Shown here: positions 38,601 to 49,710 of the stretch, one piece after another
Layout of the letters: each line of letters starts with the position of its first letter
Numbering within the stretch: the first letter of the stretch is position 1
Source: the human T2T-CHM13v2.0 reference genome, Homo sapiens
Direction: 5' to 3' (one strand)
Assembly: GCF_009914755.1 (NCBI RefSeq)
Contig: NC_060937.1
Length of the DNA stretch: 64,000 nucleotides
The notes under the pieces: model-generated
What the model saw: only the letters and a program-made list of their open reading frames with translations
Told to the model about the DNA's origin: nothing
Databases searched by the model: none
Made by a program: the position numbers and the translations under genes

Positions 38601-41600
38601 TTCTAATAGTGCTTCTGTCTAGATTTTAGATGATGATATTCCCGTTTCCAACGAAATCGTTAGAGCTATCCAAATATCCACTTACAGTTTCTACAAAAAG
38701 AGTGTTTCCAAACTGCTGCATCAAAAGAAAGGTTCAACTCTGTTAGTTGAGGACACACATCACAAAGAAGTTTGTGAGAATGCTTCTGTCTAGATTTTGT
38801 ATGACCATATTCCCTTTTCCAGCGATATCATTAAAGCAATCTAAATATCCATTTGCAGAATCCACAAAAATAGAGTTTCAAAGCTGCTCTGTAAAAAGAA
38901 AGGTTCCACTCTGTTAGCTGAGTACACACATCACAAACTTGTTTCTCAGAATCCTTCTGTCTCGTTTTTCTGGGAAGATATTTACTTTTTCACCGTAGGC
39001 ATCAAAGCGCTCCAAATGTCCACATCCAGATACTCCAGAAAGAGTGTTTCAAACCTGCTCTATGAAAGGGAATCTTCAACTCTATGAGTTGAATGCAGAC
39101 ATCAGAAAGAAATTTCTGAGAATGCTGCTGTCTACCTTTTATTTGAATTCCCGCTTCCAACGAAATCCTCCAAGCTATCCAAATATCCACCTGCATTTTC
39201 CACAAAAAGAGCGTTTCAAAACTGCTCTATCAATAGAAATGTTCAACTCCTTTGGCTGGGTACACACATCACAAACAAGTTTCTGAGAATGCTTCTGTCT
39301 AGTTTTTATGGGAAGACATTCCCTTTTTCACCAAAGGCATCAAAGCGCTCCAAATGTCCACTTCCAGACACTACAAAAAGAGTGTTTCCAACGTGCTCTA
39401 AGAAAGCGAATGTTCAACTCTGTGACTTGAATGCAGATATCACAAAGTAGTTTCTGAGAGGGCTTCTGTCTAGATTTTAGATGATGATATTCCCGTTTCC
39501 AACGAAATCATTAGAGCTATCCAAATATCCACTTACAGTTTCTACAAAAAGAGTGTTTCCAAACTGCTGCATCAAAAGAGAGGTTCCACTCTGTTAGCTG
39601 AGTACACACATCACAAACTTGTTTCTCAGAATCCTTCTGTCTCGTTTTTCTGGGAAGATATTTACTTTTTCACCGTAGGCATCAAAGCGCTCCAAATGTC
39701 CACATCCAGATACTCCAGAAAGAGTGTTTCAAACCTGCTCTATGAAAGGGAATCTTCAACTCTATGAGTTGAATGCAGACATCAGAAAGAAATTTCTGAG
39801 AATGCTGCTGTCTACCTTTTATTTGAATTCCCACTTCCAACGAAATCCTCCAAGCTATCCAAATATCCACTTGCAGATTCCACAAAAAGAGTGTTTCAAA
39901 ACTGCTCTCTATCAATGGCAAAGTTCAACTCTGTTAGTTGAGGACACATATCACCAACAAGTTTCTGAGAATGCTTCTGTCTATTTTTTATGGGAAGATA
40001 TTTCCTTTTTCACCGTAGGCGTCAAGGCGATCGAAATGTCCACTTCCACAAACTACAAAAAGAGTGTTTCAAACCTGCTCTATGAAAGGCCATGTTCATG
40101 TCTATGAGTCGAATGGAAATATCCGAAAGAAATTTCTGGGAATGCTGCTGTCTAGTTTTTATACGAATTCCCGCTTCCAACGAAATCCTCAAAGCAATCC
40201 AAATATCCACTTGCAGAATCCACAAAAAGAGTGTTTCAAAACTGCTCTATCAATAGAAAGGTTCAACTCTTTTAGTTGAGTACACACATCACAAACAAGT
40301 TTCTGAGAATGCTTCTGTCTGGCTTTTATTGGAAGACGTTTCCTTTTCACCAAAGGCATCAAAGCGCTCCAAATGTCCACTTCCAGATTCTTCCAAAAGA
40401 GTGTTTGAAACGTGCTCAAAGTAAGGGAATGTTCAACTCTGTGACTTGAATGCAGATATCACCAAGTAGTTTCTAATAGTGCTTCTGTCTAGATTTTAGA
40501 TGATGATATTCCCGTTTCCAACGAAATCGTTAGAGCTATCCAAATATCCACTTACAGTTGCTACAAAAACAGTGTTTCCAAACTGCTGCATCAAAAGAAA
40601 GGTTCAACTCTGTTAGTTGAGGACACACATCACAAAGAAGTTTGTGAGAATGCTTCTGTCTAGATTTTGTATGACCATATTCCCTTTTCCAGCGATATCA
40701 TTAAAGCAATCTAAATATCCATTTGCAGAATCCACAAAAATAGAGTTTCAAAGCTGCTCTGTAAAAAGAAAGGTTCCACTCTGTTAGCTGAGTACACACA
40801 TCACAAACTTGTTTCTCAGAATCCTTCTGTCTCGTTTTTATGGGAAGATATTTACTTTTTCACCGTAGGCATCAAAGCGCTCCAAATGTCCACATCCAGA
40901 TACTCCAGAAAGAGTGTTTCAAACCTGCTCTATGAAAGGGAATCTTCAACTCTATGAGTTGAATGCAGACATCAGAAAGAAATTTCTGAGAATGCTGCTG
41001 TCTACCTTTTATTTGAATTCCCGCTTCCAACGAAATCCTCCAAGCTATCCAAATATCCACCTGCATTTTCCACAAAAAGAGCGTTTCAAAACTGCTCTAT
41101 CAATAGAAATGTTCAACTCCTTTGGCTGGGTACACACATCACAAACAAGTTTCTGAGAATGCTTCTGTCTAGTTTTTATGGGAAGACATTCCCTTTTTCA
41201 CCAAAGGCATCAAAGCGCTCCAAATGTCCACTTCCAGACACTACAAAAAGAGTGTTTCCAACGTGCTCTAAGAAAGCGAATGTTCAACTCTGTGACTTGA
41301 ATGCAGATATCACAAAGTAGTTTCTGAGAGGGCTTCTGTCTAGATTTTAGATGATGATATTCCCGTTTCCAACGAAATCATTAGAGCTATCCAAATATCC
41401 ACTTACAGTTTCTACAAAAAGAGTGTTTCCAAACTGCTGCATCAAAAGAGAGGTTCCACTCTGTTAGCTGAGTACACACATCACAAACTTGTTTCTGAGA
41501 ATCCTTCTGTCTCGTTTTTCTGGGAAGATATTTACTTTTTCACCGTAGGCATCAAAGCGCTCCAAATGTCCACATCCAGATACTCCAGAAAGAGTGTTTC

Positions 41601-42429
41601 AAACCTGCTCTATGAAAGGGAATCTTCAACTCTATGAGTTGAATGCAGACATCAGAAAGAAATTTCTGAGAATGCTGCTGTCTACCTTTTATTTGAATTC
41701 CCGCTTCCAACGAAATCCTCCAAGCTATCCAAATATCCACTTGCAGATTCCACAAAAAGAGTGTTTCAAAACTGCTCTCTATCAATGGCAAAGTTCAACT
41801 CTGTTAGTTGAGGACACATATCACCAACAAGTTTCTGAGAATGCTTCTGTCTATTTTTTATGGGAAGATATTTCCTTTTTCACCGTAGGCGTCAAGGCGA
41901 TCGAAATGTCCACTTCCACAAACTACAAAAAGAGTGTTTCAAACCTGCTCTATGAAAGGCCATGTTCATCTCTATGAGTCGAATGGAAATATCCGAAAGA
42001 AATTTCTGGGAATGCTGCTGTCTAGTTTTTATACGAATTCCCGCTTCCAACGAAATCCTCAAAGCAATCCAAATATCCACTTGCAGAATCCACAAAAAGA
42101 GTGTTTCAAAACTGCTCTATCAATAGAAAGGTTCAACTCTTTTAGTTGAGTACACACATCACAAACAAGTTTCTGAGAATGCTTCTGTCTGGCTTTTATT
42201 GGAAGACGTTTCCTTTTCACCAAAGGCATCAAAGCGCTCCAAATGTCCACTTCCAGATTCTTCCAAAAGAGTGTTTGAAACGTGCTCAAAGTAAGGGAAT
42301 GTTCAACTCTGTGACTTGAATGCAGATATCACCAAGTAGTTTCTAATAGTGCTTCTGTCTAGATTTTAGATGATGATATTCCCGTTTCCAACGAAATCGT
42401 TAGAGCTATCCAAATATCCACTTACAGTT
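29645..42429. repeat. Copy 2 of ~12.8-kb intra-array duplication (includes B' copy 2 at 29824-30501)
   Basis: Shared rare variants 21328/35436, 25725/39833, 17412/31520, 16353/30461, 27389/41497. Confidence 0.9.
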
Positions 42430-43421
42430 TCTACAAAAAGAGTGTTTCCAAACTGCTGCATCAAAAGAAAGGTTCAACTCTGTTAGTTGAGGACACACAT
42501 CACAAAGAAGTTTGTGAGAATGCTTCTGTCTAGATTTTGTATGACCATATTCCCTTTTCCAGCGATATCATTAAAGCAATCTAAATATCCATTTGCAGAA
42601 TCCACAAAAATAGAGTTTCAAAGCTGCTCTGTAAAAAGAAAGGTTCCACTCTGTTAGCTGAGTACACACATCACAAACTTGTTTCTCAGAATCCTTCTGT
42701 CTCGTTTTTCTGGGAAGATATTTACTTTTTCACCGTAGGCATCAAAGCGCTCCAAATGTCCACATCCAGATACTCCAGAAAGAGTGTTTCAAACCTGCTC
42801 TATGAAAGGGAATCTTCAACTCTATGAGTTGAATGCAGACATCAGAAAGAAATTTCTGAGAATGCTGCTGTCTACCTTTTATTTGAATTCCCGCTTCCAA
42901 CGAAATCCTCCAAGCTATCCAAATATCCACCTGCATTTTCCACAAAAAGAGCGTTTCAAAACTGCTCTATCAATAGAAATGTTCAACTCCTTTGGCTGGG
43001 TACACACATCACAAACAAGTTTCTGAGAATGCTTCTGTCTAGTTTTTATGGGAAGACATTCCCTTTTTCACCAAAGGCATCAAAGCGCTCCAAATGTCCA
43101 CTTCCAGACACTACAAAAAGAGTGTTTCCAACGTGCTCTAAGAAAGCGAATGTTCAACTCTGTGACTTGAATGCAGATATCACAAAGTAGTTTCTGAGAG
43201 GGCTTCTGTCTAGATTTTAGATGATGATATTCCCGTTTCCAACGAAATCATTAGAGCTATCCAAATATCCACTTACAGTTTCTACAAAAAGAGTGTTTCC
43301 AAACTGCTGCATCAAAAGAGAGGTTCCACTCTGTTAGCTGAGTACACACATCACAAACTTGTTTCTCAGAATCCTTCTGTCTCGTTTTTCTGGGAAGATA
43401 TTTACTTTTTCACCGTAGGCA

Positions 43422-46400
43422 TCAAAGCGCTCCAAATGTCCACATCCAGATACTCCAGAAAGAGTGTTTCAAACCTGCTCTATGAAAGGGAATCTTCAAC
43501 TCTATGAGTTGAATGCAGACATCAGAAAGAAATTTCTGAGAATGCTGCTGTCTACCTTTTATTTGAATTCCCGCTTCCAACGAAATCCTCCAAGCTATCC
43601 AAATATCCACTTGCAGATTCCACAAAAAGAGTGTTTCAAAACTGCTCTCTATCAATGGCAAAGTTCAACTCTGTTAGTTGAGGACACATATCACCAACAA
43701 GTTTCTGAGAATGCTTCTGTCTATTTTTTATGGGAAGATATTTCCTTTTTCACCGTAGGCGTCAAGGCGATCGAAATGTCCACTTCCACAAACTACAAAA
43801 AGAGTGTTTCAAACCTGCTCTATGAAAGGCCATGTTCATCTCTATGAGTCGAATGGAAATATCCGAAAGAAATTTCTGGGAATGCTGCTGTCTAGTTTTT
43901 ATACGAATTCCCGCTTCCAACGAAATCCTCAAAGCAATCCAAATATCCACTTGCAGAATCCACAAAAAGAGTGTTTCAAAACTGCTCTATCAATAGAAAG
44001 GTTCAACTCTTTTAGTTGAGTACACACATCACAAACAAGTTTCTGAGAATGCTTCTGTCTGGCTTTTATTGGAAGACGTTTCCTTTTCACCAAAGGCATC
44101 AAAGCGCTCCAAATGTCCACTTCCAGATTCTTCCAAAAGAGTGTTTGAAACGTGCTCAAAGTAAGGGAATGTTCAACTCTGTGACTTGAATGCAGATATC
44201 ACCAAGTAGTTTCTAATAGTGCTTCTGTCTAGATTTTAGATGATGATATTCCCGTTTCCAACGAAATCGTTAGAGCTATCCAAATATCCACTTACAGTTG
44301 CTACAAAAACAGTGTTTCCAAACTGCTGCATCAAAAGAAAGGTTCAACTCTGTTAGTTGAGGACACACGTCACAAAGAAGTTTGTGAGAATGCTTCTGTC
44401 TAGATTTTGTATGACGATATTCCCTTTTCCAACGATATCATTAAAGCAATCTAAATATCCATTTGCAGAATCCACAAAAATAGAGTTTCAAAGCTGCTCT
44501 GTAAAAAGAAAGGTTCCACTCTGTTAGCTGAGTACACACATCACAAACTTGTTTCTCAGAATCCTTCTGTCTCGTTTTTATGGGAAGATATTTACTTTTT
44601 CACCGTAGGCATCAAAGCGCTCCAAATGTCCACATCCAGATACTCCAGAAAGAGTGTTTCAAACCTGCTCTATGAAAGGGAATCTTCAACTCTATGAGTT
44701 GAATGCAGACATCAGAAAGAAATTTCTGAGAATGCTGCTGTCTACCTTTTATTTGAATTCCCGCTTCCAACGAAATCCTCCAAGCTATCCAAATATCCAC
44801 TTGCAGATTCCACAAAAAGAGTGTTTCAAAACTGCTCTCTATCAATGGCAAAGTTCAACTCTGTTAGTTGAGGACACATATCACCAACAAGTTTCTGAGA
44901 ATGCTTCTGTCTATTTTTTATGGGAAGATATTTCCTTTTTCACCGTAGGCGTCAAGGCGATCGAAATGTCCACTTCCACAAACTACAAAAAGAGTGTTTC
45001 AAACCTGCTCTATGAAAGGCCATGTTCATCTCTATGAGTCGAATGGAAATATCCGAAAGAAATTTCTGGGAATGCTGCTGTCTAGTTTTTATACGAATTC
45101 CCGCTTCCAACGAAATCCTCAAAGCAATCCAAATATCCACTTGCAGAATCCACAAAAAGAGTGTTTCAAAACTGCTCTATCAATAGAAAGGTTCAACTCT
45201 TTTAGTTGAGTACACACATCACAAACAAGTTTCTGAGAATGCTTCTGTCTGGCTTTTATTGGAAGACGTTTCCTTTTCACCAAAGGCATCAAAGCGCTCC
45301 AAATGTCCACTTCCAGATTCTTCCAAAAGAGTGTTTGAAACGTGCTCAAAGTAAGGGAATGTTCAACTCTGTGACTTGAATGCAGATATCACCAAGTAGT
45401 TTCTAATAGTGCTTCTGTCTAGATTTTAGATGATGATATTCCCGTTTCCAACGAAATCGTTAGAGCTATCCAAATATCCACTTACAGTTGCTACAAAAAC
45501 AGTGTTTCCAAACTGCTGCATCAAAAGAAAGGTTCAACTCTGTTAGTTGAGGACACACGTCACAAAGAAGTTTGTGAGAATGCTTCTGTCTAGATTTTGT
45601 ATGACGATATTCCCTTTTCCAACGATATCATTAAAGCAATCTAAATATCCATTTGCAGAATCCACAAAAATAGAGTTTCAAAGCTGCTCTGTAAAAAGAA
45701 AGGTTCCACTCTGTTAGCTGAGTACACACATCACAAACTTGTTTCTCAGAATCCTTCTGTCTCGTTTTTATGGGAAGATATTTACTTTTTCACCGTAGGC
45801 ATCAAAGCGCTCCAAATGTCCACATCCAGATACTCCAGAAAGAGTGTTTCAAACCTGCTCTATGAAAGGGAATCTTCAACTCTATGAGTTGAATGCAGAC
45901 ATCAGAAAGAAATTTCTGAGAATGCTGCTGTCTACCTTTTATTTGAATTCCCGCTTCCAACGAAATCCTCCAAGCTATCCAAATATCCACTTGCAGATTC
46001 CACAAAAAGAGTGTTTCAAAACTGCTCTCTATCAATGGCAAAGTTCAACTCTGTTAGTTGAGGACACATATCACCAACAAGTTTCTGAGAATGCTTCTGT
46101 CTATTTTTTATGGGAAGATATTTCCTTTTTCACCGTAGGCGTCAAGGCGATCGAAATGTCCACTTCCACAAACTACAAAAAGAGTGTTTCAAACCTGCTC
46201 TATGAAAGGCCATGTTCATCTCTATGAGTCGAATGGAAATATCCGAAAGAAATTTCTGGGAATGCTGCTGTCTAGTTTTTATACGAATTCCCGCTTCCAA
46301 CGAAATCCTCAAAGCAATCCAAATATCCACTTGCAGAATCCACAAAAAGAGTGTTTCAAAACTGCTCTATCAATAGAAAGGTTCAACTCTTTTAGTTGAG

Positions 46401-48181
46401 TACACACATCACAAACAAGTTTCTGAGAATGCTTCTGTCTGGCTTTTATTGGAAGACGTTTCCTTTTCACCAAAGGCATCAAAGCGCTCCAAATGTCCAC
46501 TTCCAGATTCTTCCAAAAGAGTGTTTGAAACGTGCTCAAAGTAAGGGAATGTTCAACTCTGTGACTTGAATGCAGATATCACCAAGTAGTTTCTAATAGT
46601 GCTTCTGTCTAGATTTTAGATGATGATATTCCCGTTTCCAACGAAATCGTTAGAGCTATCCAAATATCCACTTACAGTTGCTACAAAAACAGTGTTTCCA
46701 AACTGCTGCATCAAAAGAAAGGTTCAACTCTGTTAGTTGAGGACACACGTCACAAAGAAGTTTGTGAGAATGCTTCTGTCTAGATTTTGTATGACCATAT
46801 TCCCTTTTCCAACGATATCGTTAAAGCAATCTAAATATCCATTTGCAGAATCCACAAAAATAGAGTTTCAAAGCTGCTCTGTAAAAAGAAAGGTTCCACT
46901 CTGTTAGCTGAGTACACACATCACAAACTTGTTTCTCAGAATCCTTCTGTCTCGTTTTTCTGGGAAGATATTTACTTTTTCACCGTAGGCATCAAAGCGC
47001 TCCAAATGTCCACATCCAGATACTCCAGAAAGAGTGTTTCAAACCTGCTCTATGAAAGGGAATCTTCAACTCTATGAGTTGAATGCAGACATCAGAAAGA
47101 AATTTCTGAGAATGCTGCTGTCTACCTTTTATTTGAATTCCCGCTTCCAACGAAATCCTCCAAGCTATCCAAATATCCACTTGCAGATTCCACAAAAAGA
47201 GTGTTTCAAAACTGCTCTCTATCAATGGCAAAGTTCAACTCTGTTAGTTGAGGACACATATCACCAACAAGTTTCTGAGAATGCTTCTGTCTATTTTTTA
47301 TGGGAAGATATTTCCTTTTTCACCGTAGGCGTCAAGGCGATCGAAATGTCCACTTCCACAAACTACAAAAAGAGTGTTTCAAACCTGCTCTATGAAAGGC
47401 CATGTTCATCTCTATGAGTCGAATGGAAATATCCGAAAGAAATTTCTGGGAATGCTGCTGTCTAGTTTTTATACGAATTCCCGCTTCCAACGAAATCCTC
47501 AAAGCAATCCAAATATCCACTTGCAGAATCCACAAAAAGAGTGTTTCAAAACTGCTCTATCAATAGAAAGGTTCAACTCTTTTAGTTGAGTACACACATC
47601 ACAAACAAGTTTCTGAGAATGCTTCTGTCTGGCTTTTATTGGAAGACGTTTCCTTTTCACCAAAGGCATCAAAGCGCTCCAAATGTCCACTTCCAGATTC
47701 TTCCAAAAGAGTGTTTGAAACGTGCTCAAAGTAAGGGAATGTTCAACTCTGTGACTTGAATGCAGATATCACCAAGTAGTTTCTAATAGTGCTTCTGTCT
47801 AGATTTTAGATGATGATATTCCCGTTTCCAACGAAATCGTTAGAGCTATCCAAATATCCACTTACAGTTGCTACAAAAACAGTGTTTCCAAACTGCTGCA
47901 TCAAAAGAAAGGTTCAACTCTGTTAGTTGAGGACACACGTCACAAAGAAGTTTGTGAGAATGCTTCTGTCTAGATTTTGTATGACCATATTCCCTTTTCC
48001 AGCGATATCATTAAAGCAATCTAAATATCCATTTGCAGAATCCACAAAAATAGAGTTTCAAAGCTGCTCTGTAAAAAGAAAGGTTCCACTCTGTTAGCTG
48101 AGTACACACATCACAAACTTGTTTCTCAGAATCCTTCTGTCTCGTTTTTCTGGGAAGATATTTACTTTTTCACCGTAGGCA
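43422..48181 (-). repeat. Run of four consecutive A blocks
   Basis: Starts at 43422, 44612, 45802, 46992. Confidence 0.96.
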
Positions 48182-49032
48182 TCAATGCGCTCCAAATGTC
48201 CACATCCAGATACTCCAGAAAGAGTGTTTCAAACCTGCTCTATGAAAGGGAATCTTCAACTCTATGAGTTGAATGCAGACATCAGAAAGAAATTTCTGAG
48301 AATGCTGCTGTCTACCTTTTATTTGAATTCCCGCTTCCAACGAAATCCTCCAAGCTATCCAAATATCCACCTGCATTTTCCACAAAAAGAGCGTTTCAAA
48401 ACTGCTCTATCAATAGAAATGTTCAACTCCTTTGGCTGGGTACACACATCACAAACAAGTTTCTGAGAATGCTTCTGTCTAGTTTTTATGGGAAGACATT
48501 CCCTTTTTCACCAAAGGCATCAAAGCGCTCCAAATGTCCACTTCCAGACACTACAAAAAGAGTGTTTCCAACGTGCTCTAAGAAAGCGAATGTTCAACTC
48601 TGTGACTTGAATGCAGATATCACAAAGTAGTTTCTGAGAGGGCTTCTGTCTAGATTTTAGATGATGATATTCCCGTTTCCAACGAAATCATTAGAGCTAT
48701 CCAAATATCCACTTACAGTTTCTACAAAAAGAGTGTTTCCAAACTGCTGCATCAAAAGAAAGGTTCAACTCTGTTAGTTGAGGACACACATCACAAAGAA
48801 GTTTGTGAGAATGCTTCTGTCTAGATTTTGTATGACCATATTCCCTTTTCCAGCGATATCATTAAAGCAATCTAAATATCCATTTGCAGAATCCACAAAA
48901 ATAGAGTTTCAAAGCTGCTCTGTAAAAAGAAAGGTTCCACTCTGTTAGCTGAGTACACACATCACAAACTTGTTTCTCAGAATCCTTCTGTCTCGTTTTT
49001 ATGGGAAGATATTTACTTTTTCACCGTAGGCA
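48182..49032 (-). repeat. Unique 5-monomer structural variant (C, 851 bp)
   Basis: Starts as a B block and ends as the tail of an A block. Spacing to the next unit is 851 bp. Confidence 0.95.
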
Positions 49033-49710
49033 TCAAAGCGCTCCAAATGTCCACATCCAGATACTCCAGAAAGAGTGTTTCAAACCTGCTCTATGAAAGG
49101 GAATCTTCAACTCTATGAGTTGAATGCAGACATCAGAAAGAAATTTCTGAGAATGCTGCTGTCTACCTTTTATTTGAACTCCCGCTTCCAACGAAATCCT
49201 CCAAGCTATCCAAATATCCACTTGCATTTTCCACAAAAAAAGTGCTTCAAAACTGCTCTATCAATAAATGTTCAACTCCTTTAGCTGGGTGCACACATCA
49301 CAAACAAGTTTCTGAGAATGCTTCTGTCTAGTTTTTATGGGAAGACATTCCCTTTTTCACCAAAGGCATCAAAGCGCTCCAAATGTCCACTTCCAGACAC
49401 TACAAAAAGAGTGTTTCCAACGTGCTCTAAGAAAGCGAATGTTCAACTCTGTGACTTGAATGCAGATATCACAAAGTAGTTTCTGAGAGGGCTTCTGTCT
49501 AGATTTTAGATGATGATATTCCCGTTTCCAACGAAATCATTAGAGCTATCCAAATATCCACTTACAGTTTCTACAAAAAGAGTGTTTCCAAACTGCTGCA
49601 TCAAAAGAGAGGTTCCACTCTGTTAGCTGAGTACACACATCACAAACTTGTTTCTGAGAATCCTTCTGTCTCGTTTTTCTGGGAAGATATTTACTTTTTC
49701 ACCGTAGGCA
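49033..49710 (-). repeat. Variant 4-monomer block B' (678 bp), copy 3
   Basis: Same gaactc / gtgcttc / caataaatg / tttagctgggtgcac haplotype, plus a private G>A at 49240. Confidence 0.95.

Noticed and set aside
48185-48466. Unique 93-aa ORF with a true ATG
   Set aside because: Created by a single A>T at 48186 extending a spurious satellite ORF; no support for expression.
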